From an uncultured bacterium (lineage in GTDB: Bacteria; Verrucomicrobiota; Verrucomicrobiia; Verrucomicrobiales; DEV007), in NCBI GenBank assembly GCA_963977015.1, contig CAXBMO010000002.1, forward strand, positions 320,001 to 384,000: DNA of 64,000 nucleotides. Direction: 5' to 3'. Below are positions 39,186 through 48,813 of this stretch, one piece after another. Below the pieces are notes generated by a model, which searched no databases, was not told where the DNA came from, and saw nothing but the letters and a program-made list of their open reading frames with translations. Numbering within the stretch: the first letter of the stretch is position 1; each line of letters begins with the position of its first letter. Position numbers and translations under genes: made by a program.

Positions 39186-39695
39186 TCAACTTTCCGACGA
39201 AAGATCCGCCGCCGAGGTTTCATCCGATTCACGAAACGAGGCAATGATCAGAATTCCCGCCGCGATGCAAATGGAAGCATCGGCTACGTTGAAGCTTGGC
39301 CAGCGATAGAAACCGAGATTGAAGTCCAGAAAATCGACGACGTAGCCGCGAAAAATCCGATCGAACACGTTGCCGGCAATCCCTGCCAACAACAACGCCA
39401 CCGCCGATTGTGACATCAGATTGGGAAATGCGCCCTTGCGCCAAAGGACCGTGATGAAGGTGACGGCCGTCGCTGCGATCAGCAGAAAGATGACGTTTGA
39501 GTAGCCCGTTCCATTGCCGATACCAAAGGCCATCCCCGTATTGTGAACCCGCACAAGATTGAAGAAACCAGGAATCACTTCGATGAAATTCCCTGTCTCG
39601 TAGCTGGTTCCCCCTGAAAAATGCCTCACCACCCACTCTTTCGTGATCTGGTCCAAAATGAACAGAGGCAATGTTAGGTAGAGGAAAATTTTCAT
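39186..39695 (-). CDS. lspA: Lipoprotein signal peptidase II
   Basis: LDQITK, HNTGMAFG, GNVFDR, VVDFL, WPSFNVAD. Confidence 0.96.
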   Translation of the reverse strand: MKIFLYLTLPLFILDQITKEWVVRHFSGGTSYETGNFIEVIPGFFNLVRVHNTGMAFGIGNGTGYSNVIFLLIAATAVTFITVLWRKGAFPNLMSQSAVALLLAGIAGNVFDRIFRGYVVDFLDFNLGFYRWPSFNVADASICIAAGILIIASFRESDETSAADLSSES

Positions 39696-39937
39696 GACAG
39701 GTCCAAAAGGGAAGGTCGCCAGTTTAGGTAATCGAAATCCACCGGCAAGCAGGATCGAGCTCTTTTGTCCGGACTTGGACGGAGTGTTGGCTCAAAACTG
39801 TGTCTGATTTTGCACAATGCGCCACGGAAGCCCGAGAGAGCGGACACGCAACCTTGACATCACCGGTCATGCCCTCCAAGTAGCTCCCCCCTTTTTCCAT
39901 AAGAGTTTTCATCTCGTTATCTCGTTTTCGTCGCCCC

Positions 39938-41686
39938 ATGAATCTGCGTTCTCCCAAATGGCAACAACTTTTCGACATCCTGCTTCCGTCCAGCAGCCCC
40001 TTGCACAATCGCGACATTACGCGCGGGCTGGTCATCGCCATCGTCGTTGGAGTCATTGCCGGTCTCGGTGCCGTGGTCTTTCGCAATTTAATCACGTTTA
40101 TCGAAACTCTTGGATTCGGGCATGGAAAAAGCGCATTGGGATTTTTGGGTGACTACTACATTGTCATCATCCCGGCACTTGGCGGTTTGATCGTCGGCCC
40201 GTTGATCTATTTTTTCGCCCGTGAAGCAAAGGGGCACGGCGTGCCGGAAGTCATGATTGCCGTGGCCAAGAACGGTGGCCGAATCCGAGGCCGGGTCGCA
40301 CTGGTAAAGATCCTTGCCTCAGCCATCACTATCGGGACCGGCGGCTCGGTCGGTCGTGAGGGGCCAATCGTCCAAATTGGCGCCACGTTGGGATCAACGA
40401 TCGGCCAGCGCCTGCGTTTACCGGAAGATTGGATTCGAACGCTGGTGGCATGTGGAGCTGCCGGGGGAATTTCCGCCACGTTCAATGCGCCAATCGCAGG
40501 GGTCTTTTTTGCCCTGGAAGTCATCCTGGGAAGTTTCACGACCCGCTACTTCAGCGTGGTCGTTGTCAGCTCCGTTGTGGCCGCGGTTGTCTCCCACGCC
40601 TTCTTCCCGGACATTGCCAACCTGATCGTCCCCGAATACGGATTGGAAGGGCCTCTGGAGATTCCGCTTTACGCCATTCTCGGAGTGTTGGCGGGAGCTG
40701 TCGGCGTGATTTTCATGATCGTGCTCTACTTTTTTGAAGACGCCTTTGATTGGTTGAAATTTCCGGAGTGGGGAAAGCCCGCGATCGGCGGCCTGATCAT
40801 TGGCGCAATCGGCCTCTATTCCACCGACCTGTTTGGGGTGGGTTACGGAGCGTTGGAGAGAGCCGCCAATGGCGAAATGTTGATGAAGACCGCCCTCATC
40901 CTGCTGGGCCTGAAGATCCTGGCCACCTCCATCACCATCGGCAGCGGCGGAAGCGGTGGCGTGTTTGCTCCCTCGCTGTTTCTTGGCGCGATGGTGGGGA
41001 CGGCGTTTGGATCGTTTGCCAATCAACTCTTTCCGGAGACGGCAGGCCCTATCGGTGCCTACGCCATCGTGGGAATGGCGGCGGTTTTCTCTTCCACAGC
41101 CCGCGCCCCCATCACAGCGGTCGTGATCCTCTTCGAGCTAACGCGGGACTACAATATCATCCTTCCCCTGATGCTGGGTGTCGTGGTGAGCACCGTCGTC
41201 TCTCAACTGCTCTACAAGGAAAGCATCTACACCAAAAAGATTCGTCGCAAAGGCATCAATCCGCCGGGAGAGGAAATGCTCGACGCGCTGGAAGGCGTCA
41301 TGGTTGGCGATGTGATGACCAAAAACTTTCAAAATGTCCCCAGTGGACTTCCGATCGAAACCTTGGAAGAACGCTTCAAGGAAGCCGGGCAACGTGGACT
41401 GCTGGTGGTCGATGAAAATGGAGAATTGGAAGGAGTCGTGACCGTTTCCGATCTGGAAAACGCATTGCGCGATGGTCTCAGCGACGCCACCGCCGGAGAC
41501 ATCGCAACTCAATCCGTCCTGACTGCCTATCCGGACCAAAGTTTGCGAAGCGCCCTCCTCCAAATCGGCGCCGATGAAGTCGGGCGTATCCCCGTGGTAA
41601 TGCGCGAAAATGAACGGGAGGTGGCGGGAGTCCTCCGACGGCACGACATCATTGGCGCCTACATCAAGGCGAATCAGCGCAAGTAA
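39938..41686 (+). CDS. ClC chloride channel / H+-Cl- antiporter with C-terminal CBS pair
   Basis: GHGVPE, GREGP, FNAPIAG, GGVFAP; CBS motifs VGDVMT and LEGVVTVSD. Confidence 0.93.
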   Translation: MNLRSPKWQQLFDILLPSSSPLHNRDITRGLVIAIVVGVIAGLGAVVFRNLITFIETLGFGHGKSALGFLGDYYIVIIPALGGLIVGPLIYFFAREAKGHGVPEVMIAVAKNGGRIRGRVALVKILASAITIGTGGSVGREGPIVQIGATLGSTIGQRLRLPEDWIRTLVACGAAGGISATFNAPIAGVFFALEVILGSFTTRYFSVVVVSSVVAAVVSHAFFPDIANLIVPEYGLEGPLEIPLYAILGVLAGAVGVIFMIVLYFFEDAFDWLKFPEWGKPAIGGLIIGAIGLYSTDLFGVGYGALERAANGEMLMKTALILLGLKILATSITIGSGGSGGVFAPSLFLGAMVGTAFGSFANQLFPETAGPIGAYAIVGMAAVFSSTARAPITAVVILFELTRDYNIILPLMLGVVVSTVVSQLLYKESIYTKKIRRKGINPPGEEMLDALEGVMVGDVMTKNFQNVPSGLPIETLEERFKEAGQRGLLVVDENGELEGVVTVSDLENALRDGLSDATAGDIATQSVLTAYPDQSLRSALLQIGADEVGRIPVVMRENEREVAGVLRRHDIIGAYIKANQRK

Positions 41687-41817
41687 GCTTCCTGCCAAAC
41701 AATCCAAACGCCCTGAAGTTTCGGACGTTCTCGGATTCATGATGGGATTTCGGTTCGAGCCGAAGGCTTATTTTAGAAGCTGGCTCGAAAACCACCACAC
41801 ACCCGAGAGAACCGAGT

Positions 41818-42723
41818 TTAGAACATGATCTCGTTGACCGGTTCCTCGGTCGGCGTCATTTCCTTGACTTCGATCACGGCCTGAGTCCGCCCATCCTCGA
41901 TGGGGTATCGCATCGTTCCGGAAACCTTGATCCAAGACATCTCCTTGAACTCGGCCGTCTCTTCATCATTGACCACCGGAGCAGTTCCCGCGAATTCCAA
42001 GGGAATCGAGACGGGCTGAGCGTCTGCACGGCAACAGGTCACCATCAACGTAAATACCCGAACCCGTTTTCCTCCCGGGTTGTAACCAATTTCGGGCAAA
42101 ACCTGTCCCACCGTCTCCACCGGTTGGCCTTCCAACACTTTCTGAATTTCCTGATCCCCCGTCGTATAGAAAAGTTGATCGACCGTGAGCAGCAAATTTC
42201 CGGCATCACTGCGGTCCACGACCTTTTCCAGATCCTCGAGCGTATATTCCCAATCTTCTCCGGCACCGTCTTCGGCATTTGGAGCCTGAAAGTCGTCCTC
42301 AACACGGGCTTTGACGGCATTTGGGTCATCGACAAACCCCTTGTTGCGAATCGTTTGAGCGGATTGATATCCCCCCTCTGAAAACGCAGCGGCGGCGAGC
42401 ATTGGAATCACCATGACGAGAAACATTGCCGCATTTCCGGTAATCGAGGTGTCCTCGTGATCATGCTCGTGCTCATCGCCGTCCCCGTGATCATGATCAT
42501 GATCGTGGCAGCAATCCGTCTCCTTCTTCAAATTCATGAGGTTGAAGACAGCCAGAACTCCCAAGCCCAACCCGGCTAGCAAACTGCAAATCCGCAGATA
42601 CTCGGGGCGGATGAAGGATTTCACCTCCCCGGTTGCGTAAAATCCCAGCAAGACACCAGCCCAGATGAGCATGGCGATGATGCCAAACAGTCGAGCGATA
42701 TGTTCTCGTTTCAGTGATTTCAC
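41818..42723 (-). CDS. TIGR03943/YcgQ-like membrane protein, partner of the DUF318 permease
   Basis: Three TM helices, CCHDHDHDH loop, VTCCRADAQP motif; GTGA overlap with the upstream gene. Confidence 0.85.
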   Translation of the reverse strand: MKSLKREHIARLFGIIAMLIWAGVLLGFYATGEVKSFIRPEYLRICSLLAGLGLGVLAVFNLMNLKKETDCCHDHDHDHGDGDEHEHDHEDTSITGNAAMFLVMVIPMLAAAAFSEGGYQSAQTIRNKGFVDDPNAVKARVEDDFQAPNAEDGAGEDWEYTLEDLEKVVDRSDAGNLLLTVDQLFYTTGDQEIQKVLEGQPVETVGQVLPEIGYNPGGKRVRVFTLMVTCCRADAQPVSIPLEFAGTAPVVNDEETAEFKEMSWIKVSGTMRYPIEDGRTQAVIEVKEMTPTEEPVNEIMF

Positions 42724-43778
42724 GGGCGAGGTTGGGGTAGAGTTTGTTGTCCCCACATGACGGATACAATCCAAACCAAAATAAACAATCCTACGGCTAA
42801 AATCAAAACAAAGCGGGGCTTAAAGACCGTCGAGTAGAGGAAAACCAGCTTCACATCCATCATGGGACCGTAAACCAGGAACGCCAATTTCGCGGCGTAG
42901 CTGAACTTCTGCAACGCCGCCGCAACAAAGGCATCGGACGTGCTGCAAAGAGACAAAATGAAGGCCATCACCATCAGCGCGGGCGAGGCGAGCCAGTCGT
43001 TTGACGCGAAGCCTTCCACCCAGCTCTTGCTGACATAGATGTTGAACCACGCGGTCAAAAAGACGCCAAACACGAAATACATCGCCACATCCGTGAAATC
43101 ATTCTGCGCCGTGCGCATGGCCTGAATCAGTCGAGAGCCTTCCACCGGGCTGTGATCGTGGTGGTCGTGATCATGCTCGTGGCCATCCCCATGTTCGTGA
43201 TGATGGTGATGATCCCCCTCATGCTCGTCTGCACCATGCTTGTGGTCATGCTCATGGTTGTGATCGTGCTCATGATCGTGGTGGTGTTCTTCGGATTCAC
43301 GATTCGATTTGATCGTCTTGAGCACCGCGTTCTTGAGGATCGCCTCCATCGGCGTTTTAAGAATCACAAAACCCACAAACACCGTGATTCCGTAAGCCAT
43401 GATTACCCGCGAAACCGCCACGTAAACCCCATGCGTCCCCCATTCCTGAAACGCGGCAATGGTGCTCGTGATAACCACCGGGTTCACAATGGGAGCCGAA
43501 AGCATGTAGGTTAGTGCGCAGGCCAGCGGCAAGCCTTTGGCGATCAATCGCCGAATCACGGGGACAATCGCACACTCACATACCGGGAAAACCGCTCCCA
43601 AAAGCCCGCTCACCAACACCGCGACATATCGATTCTTGGGCAGCCACTTATCCATCAAATTTGATGGCAGATAGGCATCAATGAACCCCGAAATCACAGT
43701 TCCGATGAAAATGAAAAAGGCTCCCTCCAGCAAAATGCTGAGAAAGTCCCCAAGCATGTCATTGAGAGCGGGGTCCAT
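42720..43778 (-). CDS. DUF318/YcgR-like permease with His-rich loop
   Basis: FPVCECAIVP, SAPIVNP, LSLCSTSDAFVA, GPMMDVK. Confidence 0.88.
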   Translation of the reverse strand: MDPALNDMLGDFLSILLEGAFFIFIGTVISGFIDAYLPSNLMDKWLPKNRYVAVLVSGLLGAVFPVCECAIVPVIRRLIAKGLPLACALTYMLSAPIVNPVVITSTIAAFQEWGTHGVYVAVSRVIMAYGITVFVGFVILKTPMEAILKNAVLKTIKSNRESEEHHHDHEHDHNHEHDHKHGADEHEGDHHHHHEHGDGHEHDHDHHDHSPVEGSRLIQAMRTAQNDFTDVAMYFVFGVFLTAWFNIYVSKSWVEGFASNDWLASPALMVMAFILSLCSTSDAFVAAALQKFSYAAKLAFLVYGPMMDVKLVFLYSTVFKPRFVLILAVGLFILVWIVSVMWGQQTLPQPRP

Positions 43779-43901
43779 AGGCGCGGAAGCGTGGCGCGGT
43801 ATCTCGCAAAATGCAAGAACGTCCCTAACCTCGAAAAAATTCGTAAACTATTGGATCCCTATTGGACTGATTGAGTGGCAAAGGTTTTCTTTCCCGCTCG
43901 C

Positions 43902-45152
43902 ATGATCTCCCTTCAATCAACTTCCCGTTCCCGGTTTTCCCGTTCAACTACCCGGACGCGTTTTCTCCACATCACCGCCATCTCAGCGGCGGCGATTGGC
44001 TCCCTCTTCGCGCAATTTGATGAGAAGCCGGAGGCTCTGAGTGCCAAAGAGTGGTGGAACAACGCCAATTGGCTCAAAACCGATCTCTGGGAGGTTCGCG
44101 ACAGGGTTGAGACTACGGATTTCGACAATCATTATGTGATCGATTCGATTTACGGAACGTTTGATGCCTGGGGCGACGATCAGCTGAAAAAGCGGATCAA
44201 GGAAATTCAAGCGATCCACAGACTGCGTGAAAAAGGTGCCGCTCGCGCGACCAGTGACGGGCTGGTCAACGAGACGAAAAAGCGGATCAACGTTGCTGAA
44301 GATCTGGCCAAAACACCGGTCACCACGGTTTTGGATGTGCCCCGGGGTGCGCGGGCCATCGTTCGCCGGGCCGGCGCGTTCCAGCATCGCGAACGCCGCA
44401 AAGGCAACTACAAAGGCGACGGTCCCCTCAAAAGCTGGCTTGGCGTGGATGACCAGAAGCGGCAGATCGCGGCAAAACTGGGAATCGATCCCTACACCGA
44501 CAATCTCGTACTCCAGAAAGAACTCGACCGGGTTTCCACGATTGGCTCGCTGCCCGAACTGGCGGTCAATTACATCGATCCCGGCAGCGGACTCTTCAGC
44601 GTTCTTGAAAGCGGGAGACAGTCTCGGATGAAGGACGCCTACCTGAATTCGCCCTCGGAGCTGTTTGTTCAGAATCGGCGGACGTTGATTGAGGAGCTAG
44701 GTGCAAGCAAAGCCCTGGCGGCCCAGTTTCTCTCTGTCGAATTCGCAACGCCGGCCCAGCAAACGATTCTGGTGGAATCCCTGGTTCAACTGAAAAACAC
44801 CAAAAACCGGCTCCTGCTCGTGCAATTGGCCAACCTCACCAAGACGCGGGCCGAGTTCGAGGTCTATCGACGTTGTGCGGAGTTGCTCGCCTGGTATCAC
44901 TCCAACCGAAGCCCCATTTCCAAACTCACATCGCTGCGCTGGATGCCGGTTGGCGTTGACCAATCGGGAAACCGGGTCCTCCCCTTCCCCATCGACTTCG
45001 GCAGTTGGTGTCCGGAGTGCGGAGGATTCCTCACGGAATTTTCAGAAACGGGAGAAGGGGGAACGCTGGTGATGACCGGAAGGTTGACCGAGCGTGCCCT
45101 GAGCGAACTCGCGAAGCGCAACGTTGACGTGGTTTTTCTGGATCACGAGTAG
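43902..45152 (+). CDS. Hypothetical exported protein
   Basis: Long ORF with basic and hydrophobic N-terminus; KRQIAAKLGIDPYTDN motif; start uncertain. Confidence 0.7.
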   Translation: MISLQSTSRSRFSRSTTRTRFLHITAISAAAIGSLFAQFDEKPEALSAKEWWNNANWLKTDLWEVRDRVETTDFDNHYVIDSIYGTFDAWGDDQLKKRIKEIQAIHRLREKGAARATSDGLVNETKKRINVAEDLAKTPVTTVLDVPRGARAIVRRAGAFQHRERRKGNYKGDGPLKSWLGVDDQKRQIAAKLGIDPYTDNLVLQKELDRVSTIGSLPELAVNYIDPGSGLFSVLESGRQSRMKDAYLNSPSELFVQNRRTLIEELGASKALAAQFLSVEFATPAQQTILVESLVQLKNTKNRLLLVQLANLTKTRAEFEVYRRCAELLAWYHSNRSPISKLTSLRWMPVGVDQSGNRVLPFPIDFGSWCPECGGFLTEFSETGEGGTLVMTGRLTERALSELAKRNVDVVFLDHE

Positions 45153-45206
45153 CCTCGGGGGCGATCCAGGGTTGCGCCAAAGGTTGGTTTGCCTAACGTG
45201 CGCTCC

Positions 45207-45512
45207 ATGTTGATCCACAGTGTTTATTTTTGGCTCGATGAGTCACTCTCTTCAGCGCAGAAGGCTGAGTTTGAAGCAGGAATGAAAGCTCTTTTTTCCA
45301 TCGACGTGGTTGCGTCCGGTGAGATTGGAACGCCTGCCGCAACGCCGGAACGTCCTGTCACCAACAACACCTTCGACTACGCACTCTTCCTCAAGTTCGA
45401 GAAGGTGGAGGACCACAATGCCTACCAGATTCACCCCGACCATCAGGTCTTCGTTGACAACTTCAGCCAGTGGTTCAAGACCGTTCAGATCTACGATACC
45501 GAATACGCGTGA
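45207..45512 (+). CDS. Dabb family protein
   Basis: MLIHSVYFWL, FDYAL.LKF, AYQIHPDH, IYD. Confidence 0.85.
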   Translation: MLIHSVYFWLDESLSSAQKAEFEAGMKALFSIDVVASGEIGTPAATPERPVTNNTFDYALFLKFEKVEDHNAYQIHPDHQVFVDNFSQWFKTVQIYDTEYA

Positions 45513-46231
45513 TGACCGCAGCAATCCAAAACCCCCAGGGCGAGCGGCTCGACTACTCCTTCCATCCGGCCTCTGATTCCACCCGCATCTTGATCATCGG
45601 ACATGGCGTGACCGGCAACAAAGACCGCCCCTGGGCCGAAGCGCTTGGGAACGCGGTATCCGCCGCCGGCATCCCCGCGCTACGCTTCTCGTTCGCCGGA
45701 AACGGTGAAAGCGAAGGCGCCTTTCGCGATTGCACGATCAGCAAGGAAGTCTCCGATCTCGGCGCGGTAATTGATGCCGTGGATGGCGACTACGACGAAG
45801 TGATCTATGCCGGGCACAGCATGGGCGGCGCTGTCGGTGTTCTTCGAACTGCTGCTGACGACCGGATCAAGAAACTGATTTCCCTCGCCGGGATGGTTCA
45901 CACCAAGCGATTTACCGAAGAGGAGTTTGGTGAGGTGACGCCGGATTCCGGCTTCATGTGGGAGGACGAAGAGTGCCCTCTATCGAGCGCTTACGTCAAC
46001 GATTTGACCGAAATTGGCTCCACCATCTCCAAGGCGAGCGAGATCAAGGTCCCTTGGCTGCTGATTCACGGCGACGCAGATGACGTCATTCCCATTGGAG
46101 AAAGCCGGGAAATTTTTGCCGAAGCGAACGAGCCCAAAAAGCTGATTGAGCTTCCGGGAGTGAATCACGTCTTCGCGGATGCGGGCCAAGCGCCGATGAC
46201 GGCGGCCGTTGTGGAGTGGCTAAACGCCTGA
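45512..46231 (+). CDS. Alpha/beta hydrolase
   Basis: GHG, FAGNGESEG, GHSMGG, IHGDADDVIP, NHVF; TGATG coupling to the Dabb gene. Confidence 0.9.
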   Translation: MTAAIQNPQGERLDYSFHPASDSTRILIIGHGVTGNKDRPWAEALGNAVSAAGIPALRFSFAGNGESEGAFRDCTISKEVSDLGAVIDAVDGDYDEVIYAGHSMGGAVGVLRTAADDRIKKLISLAGMVHTKRFTEEEFGEVTPDSGFMWEDEECPLSSAYVNDLTEIGSTISKASEIKVPWLLIHGDADDVIPIGESREIFAEANEPKKLIELPGVNHVFADAGQAPMTAAVVEWLNA

Positions 46232-46340
46232 AATTCGGCCAACCACGCCAAAAACAGACAACTTTGTCTGTAGGTTTTCGAGTCGTGATTGCGACAGAAT
46301 CAGGGAACCCCATGATTCCTAACCAATCCCCCTCAAAACC

Positions 46341-46568
46341 ATGTACGACCGCTCTGATATCCAGAACTTTCAAGCCCGCTATCAAATGACCTCCATCCCC
46401 ACAATCGTTCAGGATGGAAGCCTCTGGGACGCCGTTGCGCGTCACGAAAAGCACGACCAAAAAATGCTTCGGCTCAAGAAGTCACTCGGCATTTGCCGTG
46501 CCGCGCAGCTGCTTGGCAAGGACGTTTGCGAAGCGCCTGAACCGCTCGGGAAACCAGTGGCCGACTAA
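46341..46568 (+). CDS. Small hypothetical protein
   Basis: 75-aa ATG ORF filling the gap; stop overlaps the convergent mlaD stop. Confidence 0.5.
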   Translation: MYDRSDIQNFQARYQMTSIPTIVQDGSLWDAVARHEKHDQKMLRLKKSLGICRAAQLLGKDVCEAPEPLGKPVAD

Positions 46569-47773
46569 AAGCCCTCCTTCTTCTTTCGGAAGATTCGAAT
46601 CGCGCGGTCGTCCGCCTGTGCGTTCACTTTCTCCATCTCACCTTCGTCTTTCCTGCCGTTGCCAGGTTGAATCACCACGGGATAGGACTCCTTGCGCTCG
46701 ATGTAGTCGAGCAACTCTTCCTTGGTCGGAATGTCGTTGGTGCCATTGCCAAAGATGAGGCGATTCGGCTTCTCGGCGAGGGTGCCAGCGATGTATTGGC
46801 CCCAAACCGTCATCACATGAAGTTCCTGGGTTAGCGACTCCACCTTGGACGTGATGCCCAGGAGTTGTTGGCGAAGCGCTTCCTCCGGTTTGTCCTCGGG
46901 ACCGGCCAACAGGACGTGAATTTCCTCGGTAATGTTATTCAACTGGGTCCGCAATCCAGCCTCGTCTTCCGTGCCGCAAATCATCTTGTTCAGCTCCAGC
47001 GAAAAGGCGTCCAGATTCGTGACGATCCGCTTGGCCCCATCATTAATACCTTCCTTGCCCTCTTCCCCTACCATCAACACATTCAACCCTGAGGAAAGGG
47101 ACTCCAGATTGCCGAGCACTTCGTCGATTTGCCCCTTCATGCCCGGTTTCTCGTCATCGCCGGAAAACGCGGCGCTGAAGTCGGCGGAAACGTCCTTCAA
47201 ACTTCCCGTCAGTTCTTCGATGTTCGTCACGGAGGTCATCAAGCCTTTTCCGCTGTCACCATTGAGTTGAGCGACGACTCCATTCAACGTCACCACCAAC
47301 TCGTCAATATTCGCGACGATTTCAGACGACCCCGGAGCGATATCTTCCAACATCGACGGCGCAGAACTTGCCGAAAGGATCGTCCCGCCAGCGAGGAGCC
47401 CCTCCTCATCATCCACCCGTTTCAGCGCGACAAAGCGCTCGCCCAGCATCGACGACGAGGTGATCGAAACCTTTACGTTCGCGGGAATATCGATCTCCTC
47501 CAGAATCGCGACATTCATCCGAATGATCTCATCAGGATGTCTGCGTTCTTCGACTGATAGGTGCTCAATTTCACGAACCACCCCAATCGTCGAACCCGCG
47601 TAGCGAACCTCGGAATTCGTGCTGACTCCCGATATGTCCTCGAAGTCGACCGCAAACTCCAAATGCGGCTTCTCAAAGGGATTGCCAATGACCGCAAACA
47701 CCAAGGCCGCCAGCAGCAGCGCGGATGAAATGATCACACTAAGGGAAACAAAGAGATCGGATTTCTGGTTCAT
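46565..47773 (-). CDS. mlaD: MlaD/MCE family protein with long helical region
   Basis: N-terminal TM; FEDISGV...VRYAGSTIGVV; SMLGERFV. Confidence 0.85.
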   Translation of the reverse strand: MNQKSDLFVSLSVIISSALLLAALVFAVIGNPFEKPHLEFAVDFEDISGVSTNSEVRYAGSTIGVVREIEHLSVEERRHPDEIIRMNVAILEEIDIPANVKVSITSSSMLGERFVALKRVDDEEGLLAGGTILSASSAPSMLEDIAPGSSEIVANIDELVVTLNGVVAQLNGDSGKGLMTSVTNIEELTGSLKDVSADFSAAFSGDDEKPGMKGQIDEVLGNLESLSSGLNVLMVGEEGKEGINDGAKRIVTNLDAFSLELNKMICGTEDEAGLRTQLNNITEEIHVLLAGPEDKPEEALRQQLLGITSKVESLTQELHVMTVWGQYIAGTLAEKPNRLIFGNGTNDIPTKEELLDYIERKESYPVVIQPGNGRKDEGEMEKVNAQADDRAIRIFRKKKEGF

Positions 47774-48624
47774 ATCTCAAAATCTGAGCCTAACAGCACC
47801 TCGCCATACTTCTCCCCTGCCGTCTTGTAGGGAATTGGGCCATGTGCCTGACCTTCAATAAATTGCTGAACAATGGGACTTGAATGGCTCCGAATTTCTT
47901 CGGGAGTTCCTTCCGCCACAATTTTGCCCTGCTGCTCGCCAGTGCCCAACATGATGATTCGGCTCGCGATGCGGAAAATGCTCGTCATATCGTGGGTCAC
48001 CACCACCACCGTCGCCCCAATCTTGCGCGTCAGGTCCTTCGTCAACTGGTCGACCACCGCAGTCATGATGGGATCCAGCCCCGCCGTCGGCTCATCACTA
48101 AAGATCAACTCCGGATCCAACGCCAACGCCCGGGCCAGGGCCACCCGCTTCTTCATCCCGCCACTAATCTCCGAGGGCATCTTCTTCCCATGCCCGGTCA
48201 GCCCCACCTGCTCCAACTTCATCTTCACCACAATATCCACCAAGTCCGCGTTGAGGTTTCCGTGCTCACGCAGAGGAAGCGCCACGTTGTCCTCCACCGT
48301 CATGGATTGAAGCAAGGCTCCGGACTGGAACAGCATCCCGATGCGTCGTCGAACCCCCTGCATTTGCTGGCTGCTCATTCGGGTAATGTCCTCACCAAAC
48401 ATCTTGATCACCCCCGACGTCGGCTTCTCCGCCCCAATCAAGTGCCGCAACAGCGTACTCTTGCCACAGCCACTTCCTCCCATAATCACAAAGGTATCGC
48501 CCGGATAGATCTTGAAACTCACCCCATTCAACACGGATCGATCGCCGAACTTCCGCACCAGATCGATCACCTCGATCAGCGGTTCGCCTCGCTCAGTACT
48601 GCTCGCATCAATCTGGGCCATCAT
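47770..48624 (-). CDS. mlaF: MlaF-type ABC transporter ATPase
   Basis: GGSGCGKS, FQSGAL, ISGGMKKRVALARA, DEPTAGLDP, VTHD. Confidence 0.92.
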   Translation of the reverse strand: MMAQIDASSTERGEPLIEVIDLVRKFGDRSVLNGVSFKIYPGDTFVIMGGSGCGKSTLLRHLIGAEKPTSGVIKMFGEDITRMSSQQMQGVRRRIGMLFQSGALLQSMTVEDNVALPLREHGNLNADLVDIVVKMKLEQVGLTGHGKKMPSEISGGMKKRVALARALALDPELIFSDEPTAGLDPIMTAVVDQLTKDLTRKIGATVVVVTHDMTSIFRIASRIIMLGTGEQQGKIVAEGTPEEIRSHSSPIVQQFIEGQAHGPIPYKTAGEKYGEVLLGSDFEI

Positions 48625-48813
48625 TTGGCTAGTCTAATATCGTCGCCATTGTCTGACTTTGTGACCATTACAGAATCACATGACCCAAAAAGTCAGCGTC
48701 TCGGGCCTTCCGGCGGAGACTATCGTCCCACCCCACGCATTGCAAGCCTCGCCTTACGGGGAATTTGCCGATGGAACCGCCAAGTCACGGTTCCATCCCA
48801 TCTCGCGCGATCC

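Noticed and set aside
39696-41686. Fluoride exporter or fluoride riboswitch
   Set aside because: The protein has GHGVPE/GREGP/GGVFAP rather than CLC-F signatures, and no riboswitch consensus is visible upstream.
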